Positions 10,233 through 20,074 of a stretch of DNA of 64,000 nucleotides are shown here, in pieces. A program made the position numbers and the translations under genes. How positions within the stretch are numbered: the stretch's first letter is position 1; every line of letters begins with the position of its first letter. The notes beneath the pieces were generated by a model that saw only the letters and a list, made by a program, of their open reading frames with translations, was not told the origin of the DNA and made no database searches. Source of the stretch: an uncultured delta proteobacterium (GTDB lineage: Bacteria; Myxococcota_A; Polyangia; Polyangiales; B10-G4); assembly GCA_963727445.1 (NCBI GenBank), contig CAVSGI010000025.1:42041-106040 (forward strand). The letters are read 5' to 3'.

Positions 10233-12295
10233 ACGAGGGACAGGAGATGGAGCTGACGGAGGAGCTCGCCGACTTCGTCGCGCTGCTCCGCGGCGCGACG
10301 CCCGAGCCCGCGTGGATGGATGCGGTGGAGGCGAGCGTGGTGGCGAAGACCGCGGGCGCCGGCGCGCCTGGCGCCGGCGGTGGGGGAGCGGGCGCGGGTG
10401 CGAGTGCGACGGGAGGGGTGATGGTGAGCAAGGTGGTGGTCGTGATGCTGGCGCTGGGGGTGGCGCTGGGAGGGGCACGGTTGCAGACGCCCGGAGGGGC
10501 CGAAGGCCCAGACCCGACGCTGGAGGCGCCGCGGGGGGCGAATGAAGCGGCCTCGAAGAGCAGGGCCGCTGAAGAGAGGGACGCCGCGCAGGCGAAGCCT
10601 GCGGGACGGTGCGACGGGGGCCGGAGGGCCGAAGGCCCGCGAGGCGCACGCGCAGAGCGCGCCGCACAAGAGCCCCGCGCCGCGCAAGAGCACCGCGCCG
10701 CGCAGGAGCAGCGGGGCGCGCAGACCACGCCCGATGACGCCACCATGACCTTCGAGCTGGCCGAGACCGCGCCCGCGGCTCCGGACAATCCGTCCATGCC
10801 GCCCTCCGAGATGCTCGCGACCGGCCTGCGCGCCTACGCAGCGGAGGACTATCTCGACGCCGCCGTCGCCCTGAGGCCGGTCATCGAAGGGCGCTCCTCG
10901 GACGCGCGCGGCAACGTCGAAAAGGCGCGCTTCTTCCTCGCGAAGAGCCTCCACCATCTCGGCTTCGATCACGGCGCGGCGGTGGTGCTCGAAGAGATCA
11001 CCCGCGACGGAGCGGATGGCGCCTATTTCGACGAGGCGTTGCCCTGGCTCGCCGCGGTGGCCGAGCGCATCCCCGACGATCCCATCCTCATCGAGGCCGT
11101 CGGTCGCTACCAGGCGTCGGCGCTCTTTAGTGTCGACAGCGACCAGAGCCGAGACCGCTACGACCACCTCCTCTACCTCATGGGCCGCGCCCGCTACGAC
11201 CAGCGCCGCCTCGACGAAGCCATCGCGCTGTTCCGGCGCATCCATCGCGACAGCGAGCACTGGGTCCCGGCGCGCTTCTTCACCGCCGTCAGCCACGTGC
11301 GCGAACGCCGTGCGCGTCCCGCAGTCGCCGCATTCCGTTCGGTCATCGAGGCCATCGAGTCGGGGCGCGATGGAGACATCGACGACCCCGAGCGCATGAA
11401 GAACCTCGCCTGGCTCTCACTCGGACGCGTCTACTACACCGCCGCCAACGCCCGCGACGCCCAGGGCGACATCCAGGTCGACGGTCGTCTCCTCGGCGCG
11501 GCCATCGACGCCTGGGAGCGTATCCCCGAGTCGAGCGAGTACTGGCTCGACGCGCTCTTCGAAGCCTCCTGGGCGTTCTTCGTCGCCGAGCAGTACGACC
11601 GCGCCCTGGGACGCATCCACGCGCTTCAGTCCCCCTACTTCGCCGACGCCTACTACCCCGAGGCCGACGTCGTGCGCGCCGTCATCCTCTTCTCCCACTG
11701 CCAGCTCGACGCCGCCGAATCGCTCACCGAGCGCTTCCACCACCGCTACGACGGCATCCACGGCGCGCTCTCGCGCATCGCCGCCGCCCGCCGCGATCCC
11801 TCCCGCGCGTACGCGCTCTACGCCGGGCTCCAGAACGGCGACGCCGGGCTTCATCCCATCGTCGCCCGCCTCTTGCGCCGGGAGCTCAGCGACCGCGAGC
11901 TCATCCGGAGCGTCGCCCTCGAGGCGCACGTGCGCGACGAGGCGGGGCGCGCCGGCGAGCTCGCGGGCGACCCGCGCACGGCGGCCCTGGGCGCTTGGCT
12001 GGGACAGGAGCTCGCCGTCGTCGGCGCGCTCTCCCTCGATCGCGCTGGCGAGCTCGTCTCCGCGCGGCTCGAACGCCTCGCCGAGGATCTCGGCGAGCGC
12101 ATCAACGACATCGACGCCGTGAATCTCGAGATCCAGACCCAGCGCCGTACCGCACCGCCGCCGGGCGCCGCTCGCGACGACGACGTGCAGATCGTCGCGG
12201 ACCAGGAGCACATGATCTGGCCCTTCGACGGCGAGTACTGGTCGGACGAGATCCCCTACTACCGCGCTCGCGTGCAGAACCGCTGCACCCGCTGA
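10229..12295 (+). CDS. Membrane-anchored TPR protein: anti-sigma-like N-terminus plus GltC-like domain
   Basis: GTGA overlap with the ECF gene; short cytoplasmic N-terminus, TM segment, low-complexity linker, TPR helices, C-terminal IWPFDGEYWSDEIPYY resembling myxobacterial GltC. Confidence 0.7.
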   Translation: MNEGQEMELTEELADFVALLRGATPEPAWMDAVEASVVAKTAGAGAPGAGGGGAGAGASATGGVMVSKVVVVMLALGVALGGARLQTPGGAEGPDPTLEAPRGANEAASKSRAAEERDAAQAKPAGRCDGGRRAEGPRGARAERAAQEPRAAQEHRAAQEQRGAQTTPDDATMTFELAETAPAAPDNPSMPPSEMLATGLRAYAAEDYLDAAVALRPVIEGRSSDARGNVEKARFFLAKSLHHLGFDHGAAVVLEEITRDGADGAYFDEALPWLAAVAERIPDDPILIEAVGRYQASALFSVDSDQSRDRYDHLLYLMGRARYDQRRLDEAIALFRRIHRDSEHWVPARFFTAVSHVRERRARPAVAAFRSVIEAIESGRDGDIDDPERMKNLAWLSLGRVYYTAANARDAQGDIQVDGRLLGAAIDAWERIPESSEYWLDALFEASWAFFVAEQYDRALGRIHALQSPYFADAYYPEADVVRAVILFSHCQLDAAESLTERFHHRYDGIHGALSRIAAARRDPSRAYALYAGLQNGDAGLHPIVARLLRRELSDRELIRSVALEAHVRDEAGRAGELAGDPRTAALGAWLGQELAVVGALSLDRAGELVSARLERLAEDLGERINDIDAVNLEIQTQRRTAPPPGAARDDDVQIVADQEHMIWPFDGEYWSDEIPYYRARVQNRCTR

Positions 12296-12329
12296 AGCTG
12301 CGGACTACTCACGCCCGAGGAGCGGTACT

Positions 12330-14222
12330 TCACTCGTCGGTCGCTGGCGCGTCAGCCGGCTCGGCCTCGAGGTCGATGTCGCCTTCGGGCGGCAGCTCTT
12401 CTTCGACGAGCCCCTCACCCCCGCCGTACATCGACTCCGCGATGCGATACGCCGAGAGCTCGAGCGACTGCAACGCCTCTTTGATGGCGATGGCGTCACC
12501 CGCGCCTTCGAGGAGCTGCTTGAGGTTGTCGATGTCGGCTTGCACGGCTTCGATCACGTCCGCCGACACGAGGTCCGCGCACTCCTCGACCGCCTTTTCG
12601 CTGGTGTAGAGCAGCGCCTCCGCGCTGTTCTTCAGCTCGGCGAGCTCTTTGCGCTTCTCGTCGCTGCGGCGGTACTGCCCCGCCTCTTCGACGATCTTGT
12701 CGATCTGCGCCTGGTTCAGACCGCCCGAGGCGACGACGCGCACCGTCTGCTCACGTCCGGTGCCGAGGTCGCGCGCGCTCACGTCGACGATGCCGTTGGC
12801 GTCGATGTCGAAGGCGACCTCGATCTGCGGCACGCCGCGCGGCGCCGGCGGGATGGGCGCGAGCTCGAACTTCGCGAGGCTCTTGTTGTCGGCGGCCATC
12901 TCGCGCTCGCCCTGCATGACGTGCACGGGGACGAAGGGCTGGTTGTCGACGCTGGTGGTGAAGATCTCGCTTCGCCGGGTGGGGATGGTCGTGTTGCGCT
13001 CGATGAGCTTGTAGAACACGCCGCCGCCGGTCTCCACGCCGAGAGAGAGCGGGGTGACGTCGAGAAGGAGGACCTCTTCGACCTCGCCGGTGAGCGCCGC
13101 GGCCTGGAGCGCCGCGCCCATCGCCACGACCTCGTCCGGGTTCACTTCCTTGCTGGGCTCTTTGCCGAAGTACTCGCTCACACGCTTCTGCACGAGCGGC
13201 ATGCGCGTCTGACCGCCGACCAGGATGACCTCGTCGATCTCGTCCTTCTTCATGCCGGCGTCGTTGAGCGCCTGAGCGCAGGGCTTGAGGGTGCGGTCGA
13301 TCAGGTCGGAGACCAGGATCTCGAACTCGCTCCGCTTGATGGTGCGGACGAGGTGCTTGGGGCCCGACTCGTCCGCGGCGATGAAAGGGAGGTTGATCTC
13401 GGTGTCGAGAGAGCTCGAGAGCTCGTGCTTCGCCTTCTCCGCCTGCTCCTTGAGCCGCTGGATCGCCGTTCGATCCTGGCTGAGATCGATACCCGTCTCT
13501 TCCTTGAACTTGGCGATGAGGTTGTCGAGCAGGGCGTTGTCGAAGTCCTCACCACCGAGGTGCGTGTCGCCCGAGGTCGACTTCACGCTGAAGACGCCCT
13601 TGCTGATCTCGAGGATCGAGACATCGAAGGTGCCACCTCCGAGGTCGTAGACCACGATGCGCTGGCCTTCGGACTTGTCGAAGCCGTAGGCGATGGCCGC
13701 GGCCGTGGGCTCGTTGATGATCCTCTTGACCTCCAGGCCGGCGATCTTGCCCGCGTCTTTCGTCGCCTGTCGTTGGGCGTCGTCGAAATACGCGGGGACC
13801 GTGATCACCGCCTCGGTGATCTCTTCGCCCAGGTAGCTCTCGGCGACCTCACGCATCTTCTCGAGCACCAGGGCCGAGATCTCTGGCGGCGAGTACTCCT
13901 TGTCGTGGATCTGTACCCAGGCGTCGCCGTTCATCGACTGCACGACGCGATAGGGGACCGAAGAGGCGTGCCGCGCGACCTCGTCGGAGTCGAAGGTGCG
14001 GCCCATCATGCGCTTGACGGCGAAGATGGTGTTCTCGGGGTTGGTGACGGCCTGGCGCTTGGCGGTGGTGCCGACGCGGCGCTCGCCGGCTTCGGTGATC
14101 GCGACGACCGAGGGCGTGGTCCGGCTTCCCTCGGCGTTGGGGATGACGACGGGCTCGCCGTTGTCGACGAACGCCACGCAGGAGTTCGTCGTCCCCAGAT
14201 CGATCCCGATCACCTTCGCCAT
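12330..14222 (-). CDS. dnaK: Molecular chaperone DnaK (Hsp70)
   Basis: [38 protein letters not shown] motifs. Confidence 0.99.
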   Translation of the reverse strand: MAKVIGIDLGTTNSCVAFVDNGEPVVIPNAEGSRTTPSVVAITEAGERRVGTTAKRQAVTNPENTIFAVKRMMGRTFDSDEVARHASSVPYRVVQSMNGDAWVQIHDKEYSPPEISALVLEKMREVAESYLGEEITEAVITVPAYFDDAQRQATKDAGKIAGLEVKRIINEPTAAAIAYGFDKSEGQRIVVYDLGGGTFDVSILEISKGVFSVKSTSGDTHLGGEDFDNALLDNLIAKFKEETGIDLSQDRTAIQRLKEQAEKAKHELSSSLDTEINLPFIAADESGPKHLVRTIKRSEFEILVSDLIDRTLKPCAQALNDAGMKKDEIDEVILVGGQTRMPLVQKRVSEYFGKEPSKEVNPDEVVAMGAALQAAALTGEVEEVLLLDVTPLSLGVETGGGVFYKLIERNTTIPTRRSEIFTTSVDNQPFVPVHVMQGEREMAADNKSLAKFELAPIPPAPRGVPQIEVAFDIDANGIVDVSARDLGTGREQTVRVVASGGLNQAQIDKIVEEAGQYRRSDEKRKELAELKNSAEALLYTSEKAVEECADLVSADVIEAVQADIDNLKQLLEGAGDAIAIKEALQSLELSAYRIAESMYGGGEGLVEEELPPEGDIDLEAEPADAPATDE

Positions 14223-14232
14223 GCCGCCCCCT

Positions 14233-14814
14233 TCAAGCGTCCTCTTCCTCGGAGTCGGCGGCCGGCGGCGGCGCGCTGGCCTTTGCCTGTGAGGGCGGTC
14301 GCGCGACGACCACCATCGACGGCCTCACGAGTCTCCCGCGCAGTGAGTAGCCCGGGAGCACCTCGGCGATGATCGTTCCCGCCTCGTGCTCGGCCGACTC
14401 CATCTGCTGTACCGCGTCGTGAATCTGCGGGTCGAAGCGCTCTCCGACCGACTTCACGCGCTCGATCCCCACGCGGTTCCCGATGTCCTCGAACTGCTTG
14501 AGGACCATGGACACGCCGTCTGCCACCGACTTGGCGTCGGTCGCGTTTACGGCCGCTGAGACCGCGCGCTCCAGGTTGTCGATCACCGGCAGGATTTCGC
14601 GGAGGATCTCCTCGCGGGATCGGGCGGCAGCGTCCTCGAGATCACGCTTGCTACGCTTGCGGAAGTTGTCGAAATCCGCGGCGGTGCGAAGCAGCTGATC
14701 CTTGAGCTTGTCGCGCTCGGCGGCGAGCGCAGCCATCGGATCCGGCGGGTCTTCGTTGCCCTGTTCCGCCGCGTTGGCGGTCTCTTCTTCGGGGGCGTCG
14801 TCAGGTTCGGTCAA
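14233..14814 (-). CDS. grpE: Nucleotide exchange factor GrpE
   Basis: [30 protein letters not shown]...RPSMV; probable TTG start at 14814 after GAGGAG. Confidence 0.95.
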   Translation of the reverse strand: MTEPDDAPEEETANAAEQGNEDPPDPMAALAAERDKLKDQLLRTAADFDNFRKRSKRDLEDAAARSREEILREILPVIDNLERAVSAAVNATDAKSVADGVSMVLKQFEDIGNRVGIERVKSVGERFDPQIHDAVQQMESAEHEAGTIIAEVLPGYSLRGRLVRPSMVVVARPPSQAKASAPPPAADSEEEDA

Positions 14815-14887
14815 CAGAAGCTCCTCGGGCGAAATCGTAGACAGCCCGAGACGACCTGGAAAGATAAATGATGGACGGACACGGCTC

Positions 14888-15937
14888 TCAGTCCGACTCC
14901 TCCACGTCGTCCTTCGATTCGGTAACGGGGCTTCCCATCGCGCGGGCCGTGAACTCCACGATGGGAACGACCTTGGCGTAATCCATGCGCGCCGGACCGA
15001 TGACGCCAACGGCACCGCGGCTGCCGCCCGGCTGCCGGTAGGCCGCCGCGATCAAGCTCACGTCTTCGATCTCGTCCAGGTGGGTCTCGGCGCCGATCAG
15101 CACCTGAACCCCGCCTGCTTTGAGCGTCTCGTCGATCAGCGAGAGCAGACGCTCCTTGTCCTCGAAGGTGCGCAGAAAAGCCCTGATCATGTTGGGATTT
15201 TCGAACTCCGGCCGGTCGAAGAGCAGCTGCTGACCGCTGATGACCATCTCCGACTGCTCCGATTCGGAGAGGGTCGCGGCCACGATCTGATCGGTCATCT
15301 GAACGTAGTCCGCCCGGTCCACCGCCATCTCCTCCGCGAGCGCCTTTCGGACCTCGGCGAGTGAGCGTCCGTCCACGAGCTCCGTGAGGTAGTTGTGCAC
15401 GCGCTCGAGGTCCTTGGGGTCTACGGATTCGGTCAGCCGGATCACACGGTTCTGCACCTTGCCGCTTCGCGTCACCAGCACCGCGAGGACCTGCTTGTCG
15501 GTGAGCGGGACGAAGCGCAGCTGCATCAGCACCTCGTCCGCGGGTCGGGGCGGAGCCACCACCGAGACCGCTCCGGTGAGCATGGAGAGCACGCTGCCGG
15601 CTTCGCGGGTGCGTTCGGGGTCGGCGAGGTGTCCGATCCGCTGGATGACCGCGGCGCGTTCCTCTGTGGTCACCTCTCGCATCTGCACCAGCGCGTCGAC
15701 GAAGAGGCGGAAGCCCCGCTCGGTCGGCACGCGTCCCGCGGAGGTATGCGGCTGGGAGAGAAAGCCCATGTCCTCGAGGTCCGAGAGCACGTTTCGGATC
15801 GAGGCCGGCGAGAGGTTCAGCCCATAGCGACGCGAGAGCCGACGTGATCCGACGGGTTCGCCGGTCGAGATGTACTCGGTGATGACCGCGTAGAGGATCT
15901 TCCGAGCACGAAAGCTCAAATCCGTCAGAGCGTCCAA
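14888..15937 (-). CDS. hrcA: Heat-inducible transcription repressor HrcA
   Basis: YISTGEPVGS, SPASIRN, QPHTSAGRVPT, GVIGPARMDY motifs; upstream of grpE-dnaK. Confidence 0.97.
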   Translation of the reverse strand: MDALTDLSFRARKILYAVITEYISTGEPVGSRRLSRRYGLNLSPASIRNVLSDLEDMGFLSQPHTSAGRVPTERGFRLFVDALVQMREVTTEERAAVIQRIGHLADPERTREAGSVLSMLTGAVSVVAPPRPADEVLMQLRFVPLTDKQVLAVLVTRSGKVQNRVIRLTESVDPKDLERVHNYLTELVDGRSLAEVRKALAEEMAVDRADYVQMTDQIVAATLSESEQSEMVISGQQLLFDRPEFENPNMIRAFLRTFEDKERLLSLIDETLKAGGVQVLIGAETHLDEIEDVSLIAAAYRQPGGSRGAVGVIGPARMDYAKVVPIVEFTARAMGSPVTESKDDVEESD

Positions 15938-15992
15938 AGTGCCGGAATAACGCTACGAATCGGGGAACTCGAAGTCAAGGCGAGCCGAAATC

Positions 15993-16022
15993 TCGACATG
16001 TAGTATCGTACGGGTGCTTGTC
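15993..16022 (+). promoter_or_regulatory. Putative MerR-type promoter/operator
   Basis: TCGACAtGTAGtatcGTACGG resembles a -35 box plus the GTAC-N4-GTAC dyad of MerR-family operators; about 60 bp upstream of the MerR-family gene. Confidence 0.4.
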
Positions 16023-16082
16023 ATGACCGATCGGTTACCCTAGGAAACTGACTTCGGCACGGTTGGGGGGAACGGACTAGAG

Positions 16083-16466
16083 ATGAAAAAAGGCCGGACC
16101 ATCGGAAAGCTCGCTGAAGAGGCGGGCGTACACGTCGAGACCATTCGCTACTACGAGCGTCGAGGGATCCTCGAACAGCCCCCCAAACCCGAGAACGGTT
16201 GGCGGACTTACGGGGACGACTCGCTCGAGACGCTTCGCTTCGTCAAGCGAGCCCAGTGGATGGGCTTCTCCCTGGACGAGATCGAAGACCTCCTGGCGCT
16301 CCGTAAGAACGCGGACAAGAGCACCCCGCAAGCCAAGGATCAGATCCGCGGCAAGCTGGTGGAGGTGCAAGCGAAGCTGGAGGACCTGACCTCGGTCAGG
16401 GACAAGCTCCAGGCGCTCGTGAACGAGTACGAAGGGCGAGAGCTCTTCGACGCGTTTCACGGGTAG
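16083..16466 (+). CDS. MerR-family transcriptional regulator (no cysteines)
   Basis: TIGKLAEEAGVHVETIRYYERRGIL HTH, GFSLDEI, coiled-coil dimerisation helix. Confidence 0.93.
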   Translation: MKKGRTIGKLAEEAGVHVETIRYYERRGILEQPPKPENGWRTYGDDSLETLRFVKRAQWMGFSLDEIEDLLALRKNADKSTPQAKDQIRGKLVEVQAKLEDLTSVRDKLQALVNEYEGRELFDAFHG

Positions 16467-16483
16467 GGCCTTTTCGTCCGGCA

Positions 16484-17176
16484 GGCCGAAGGCCCCACAC
16501 AAGGCTCACGCCACCGTAGCGGAGCGCGGCCGGAGTGTGGGCGAAGCCCACGCGCCGGGCGTGCGCAGCGCAGGTGGGGTGAGCCAGGACTGCGTCCGGC
16601 CGGCCGAAGGCCCCACACAAGGCTCACGCCACCGTAGCGGAGCGGCAGCGCAGGGCGCGTAGCGCCTGGAGGTGCAGCGCAGCGCAGGTGGGGTGAGCCA
16701 GGACTGCGTCCGGCCGGCCGAAGGCCCCACACAAGGCTCACGCCACCGTAGCGGAGCGGCAGCGCAGGGCGCGTAGCGCCTGGAGGTGCAGCGCAGCGCA
16801 GGTGGGGTGAGCCAGGACTGCGTCCGGCCGGCCGAAGGCCCCAGACAAGGCTCACGCCACCGTAGCGAAGCGGCAGCGCAGGGCGCGTAGCGCCTGGAGG
16901 TGCAGCGCAGCGCAGGTGGGGTGAGCCAGGACTGCGTCCGGCCGGCCGAAGGCCCCAGACAAGGCTCACGCCACCGTAGCGAAGCGCGGCCGGAGTGTGG
17001 GCGAAGCCCACGCGCCGGGCGTGCGCAGCGCAGGTGTCGTGAGCCAGGACTGCGTCCAGTAGGCCGAAGGCCCCACACAAGGCTCACGCCACCGTAGCGA
17101 AGCGCGGCCGGAGTGTGGGCGAAGCCCACGCGCCGGTGCGTGCGCAGCGCAGGTGTCGTGAGCCAGGACTGCGTCC
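16484..17176. repeat. Tandem array of six 114/118-bp palindrome-rich (REP/BIME-like) units with two alternative central modules
   Basis: GGCCGAAGGCCCCA(C/G)ACAAGGCTCACGCCACC starts at 16484, 16602, 16716, 16830, 16944 and 17062; module order A,B,B,B,A,A. Confidence 0.95.
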
Positions 17177-17234
17177 CCACCTTCACCCCACTTTCTTGCC
17201 GACCTCGCCCCCCCAGGGTGAGGCTCGGGAGGTC

Positions 17235-17528
17235 GTGGACCGCTTTTCCAGCACACTCGCCTGGCTGCTTCCTTTCGCGGTGCTGGTGCTCGCCATCGTG
17301 GCGGTGCCGCTGCACCTCCTCGACGACCACGGGCTGCCCCGCTACCAGGTGCTGGCCCGGGAGCTGTCCCAGGTGGAGAGCGAGAACGAGCGGATCGAGC
17401 GGGAAGTCCGTGATCTTTCGAGGGAAGTCGAGGCCCTCCGGAAAGACCCCCTGGCAATCGAACGGATTGCGCGTGATGATATGGGCATGGTTCGCGAGGG
17501 CGAGCTAGTGTTCCAGTTTCCCGAATGA
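17235..17528 (+). CDS. ftsB: Septum formation initiator family (FtsB/DivIC-like)
   Basis: N-terminal TM, coiled coil, IERIARDDMGMVREGE motif; GGAGG before GTG 17235. Confidence 0.8.
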   Translation: MDRFSSTLAWLLPFAVLVLAIVAVPLHLLDDHGLPRYQVLARELSQVESENERIEREVRDLSREVEALRKDPLAIERIARDDMGMVREGELVFQFPE

Positions 17529-17584
17529 TCACACGCTCGCCTCCCTCACGGCCCCCTCGAATAGCCAGCACCCTCCGGTAGCTC

Positions 17585-18793
17585 GTGCCCATCCTGGACC
17601 AAGACCTGACCATCAGCGAGCGGGTGAAGATCCTGCTCGACGTGGTGGAGCAGGGAGAGCGGGTGCTCGTCTGCACCCACGACAACCCCGACCCCGACTC
17701 CATCGCTTCGGCCTTCGCCCTCGGTCGCCTCCTCGAGGCCAAGCGGAGCACGCCCTTCACCCTCGCCTTCGGGGGGGTGCTGGGACGCGCCGAGAACCGA
17801 ACGATGGTCAAGCTGCTCAAGCTGCCGCTCGTTCCCATTCACCGCCTGGACCTGAACGAGTTCGACGTCGTCGGGCTCCTCGACACTCAGCCCGAGGTCA
17901 CCAACCACGCCCTGACGGCGGACAAGGTCGAGGGCAAGAAGATGATCTGCATCGATCATCACCCGGAGCGGCCCAACTCCAAGGACGCGACCTTCGCTGA
18001 CGTGGGCGGTCATTATGGGGCGACCTCGACCCTGCTGACGCGCTACCTCTTCGAGGCCGGGGTCCAGCCAGACCGCGAGCTCGCCACGGCGCTCTTCTAC
18101 GGGATCAAGAGCGACACGCGCGACCTCGGACGGGAGGTCTCGGAGGACGACGTCTGGGCGTACAGCCATCTGGTTCCGATGACCGACATGCCGGTGGTCT
18201 CGGCCATCGAGCATCCGCCGCTGCCCCGCGCCTACTTCACGGTGCTGGGCAAGGCGATCGAGCGCGCCCAGGTCTATGGGGACGTCGCCGCCTGCGACCT
18301 CGGCCGCGTCTACGTGCCCGACCTGGTCCCGGAGGTCGCGGACAAGCTGGTGAGCGCCGAGGGGATCCGCTGGGCCATCGTGGTCGGCGAGTACGAGCAG
18401 CAGATCTACGCGTCGCTCCGGGTCGGCGACCGCCGGTATTCGGCGGGCAAGCTCGTTCGCGAGGTCATCAAGCGCTACCCCAACGGCGGCGCTGGCGGCC
18501 ACGGCAGCATGGCGGGCGCGAAGCTGGCCTACTCGGAGCGGACCAAGAGCCCGCGCGGCCGGACCCGCGCGCGCCGCAAGTTCTTGCGAGAGCTCGTCTT
18601 CGCGACGGGTGTCGCCGAGGACACGCGCCCCGAGCGCTTCGCGCCGGCGCCGATGGACGACAACAAGCCGGCTCCGAAGAACGGAAAGGGTTGGGGCCCG
18701 AAGACGACCGCGACCCATCCGCGGGTTGCCACCACCGAGAAGACCGGCACCGTTCCCAAGCCCCCCGACGCCGCGAAGTCGGTCAAGCGCTGA
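17585..18793 (+). CDS. DHH-family phosphoesterase (NrnA-like)
   Basis: HDNPDPDS, IDHH, GIKSDT, GGGHGSMAG motifs. Confidence 0.9.
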   Translation: MPILDQDLTISERVKILLDVVEQGERVLVCTHDNPDPDSIASAFALGRLLEAKRSTPFTLAFGGVLGRAENRTMVKLLKLPLVPIHRLDLNEFDVVGLLDTQPEVTNHALTADKVEGKKMICIDHHPERPNSKDATFADVGGHYGATSTLLTRYLFEAGVQPDRELATALFYGIKSDTRDLGREVSEDDVWAYSHLVPMTDMPVVSAIEHPPLPRAYFTVLGKAIERAQVYGDVAACDLGRVYVPDLVPEVADKLVSAEGIRWAIVVGEYEQQIYASLRVGDRRYSAGKLVREVIKRYPNGGAGGHGSMAGAKLAYSERTKSPRGRTRARRKFLRELVFATGVAEDTRPERFAPAPMDDNKPAPKNGKGWGPKTTATHPRVATTEKTGTVPKPPDAAKSVKR

Positions 18794-18814
18794 CGTCCGC
18801 CTGCGAGGTTACTG

Positions 18815-20017
18815 ATGCGCGCCCTCGCCGGCATCTGCGGTCTCGCATTCCTGGTCCTCTTCGCCTACGCGCTCTGCCGCGCTCCCATCGACTCGCTCTT
18901 CCTGGCGGAGCACGGCTCGGAAGGGCTGCCATGGGCGTGGGCGCTGGTGGCGGTCGCGACGACGGTCGCGGTCTTTGCCTACAACCGCGTCTCGGCGGGC
19001 AAGAGCCTGGTGCGAACCCTGGGGCTCGCCGGCGGGATCACCACGCTGATCTACGGGGTGCTGCTCGCGCTCCGGGGCGCGCCCGGGGTCTGGTGGGCGA
19101 TCTACGTGTGGAAGGACGTCCACGTGGTGGTGCTCCTGGAGATCCTGTGGAGCATCGCCAACGCGCACTTCCGCACGAGCTCGGCGCGTAAGGCCTACGG
19201 GATCTTCTGCGCCTGCGGCTCCATCGGCGGCATGGCCGGACACTCGCTCTCGGCCACGGTAGCGGAGCACTCGGGTGCCTCGATCGCGATGGCTCTGGCG
19301 CTCGCGCCGCTCGTGATCCTGACGGTGGGGACGCTGCTCTTCGACCGCGCGCGGCCCGATGCGGGCCCGCGGCCGCCCGACAAAGCGCGCGATTACGTGG
19401 GCGGGATCCGGGTGCTCGCGAGCTCGCGCTATCTGGTCTGGCTGCTGCTGCTGATCCTGCTGGTGCAGGTGTCGATCACGCTGATCGATCTGCACTTCAA
19501 CCAGGTGATGGAGGCGGCCTATCCAGACGAGGACCAGCGCTCGGCGATGTTCGGCTCGGTCTACTTCGTGATCGACGGCGCGGCGCTGGTCCTGCAGCTG
19601 GGCTCGGCCTTCATCCTGAAGGCGCTCGGCGTCGCGGTGACGCTGGTGGGGATCCCGCTGATCGTGTCGCTGACGGTGGCGGCGGCGATCACCTTGCCCG
19701 GCGTGCTCGTGGTGCAGGTCGCGCGGGTTGCCAGCAAGGCCTTCGACTACAGCATCTTCCGCGCGGCCAAGGAGATGCTCTACATCCCGCTGAGTTACGA
19801 CGAGAAGACGCGGGGCAAGTCGATGATCGACATGCTGACCTACCGGGTGGCCAAAGGCGGGGCGGCGGTGCTCCTGGGGCTTCTGGTGAGCGCCGGCTTC
19901 GCGGGGGAGCTGGTGATGACGGGGGTGCTCGGGCTCTGCGCTTTGTGGCTGGGGGTGACGGTGGTCGTGGTGCGGCGCTACCGGGGATTGGTGTCGCGAG
20001 CGGAAGAGCGCGCCTAG
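18815..20017 (+). CDS. MFS transporter, NTT/TLC (ATP:ADP antiporter-like) family
   Basis: About 12 hydrophobic segments; KAFDYSIFRAAKEMLYIPL...KGKSMID signature. Confidence 0.8.
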   Translation: MRALAGICGLAFLVLFAYALCRAPIDSLFLAEHGSEGLPWAWALVAVATTVAVFAYNRVSAGKSLVRTLGLAGGITTLIYGVLLALRGAPGVWWAIYVWKDVHVVVLLEILWSIANAHFRTSSARKAYGIFCACGSIGGMAGHSLSATVAEHSGASIAMALALAPLVILTVGTLLFDRARPDAGPRPPDKARDYVGGIRVLASSRYLVWLLLLILLVQVSITLIDLHFNQVMEAAYPDEDQRSAMFGSVYFVIDGAALVLQLGSAFILKALGVAVTLVGIPLIVSLTVAAAITLPGVLVVQVARVASKAFDYSIFRAAKEMLYIPLSYDEKTRGKSMIDMLTYRVAKGGAAVLLGLLVSAGFAGELVMTGVLGLCALWLGVTVVVVRRYRGLVSRAEERA

Positions 20018-20019
20018 GG

Positions 20020-20044
20020 GGGCACGCCGGGCTGCCCTTTTTTT
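20020..20044 (+). terminator. Possible intrinsic terminator
   Basis: GGGCA-N8-TGCCC followed by T7, directly after the stop codon. Confidence 0.5.
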
Positions 20045-20074
20045 GGCGATTGGATCGGGTGGGGATACCACCAG

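Noticed and set aside
16484..17176. CRISPR array
   Set aside because: The variable parts are only two recurring sequences, the constant part is about 80 bp, and there are no cas genes in the window.
16396..17838. Repetitive minus-strand ORFs across the hairpin array
   Set aside because: They are translations of non-coding repeats with no RBS or protein-like features.
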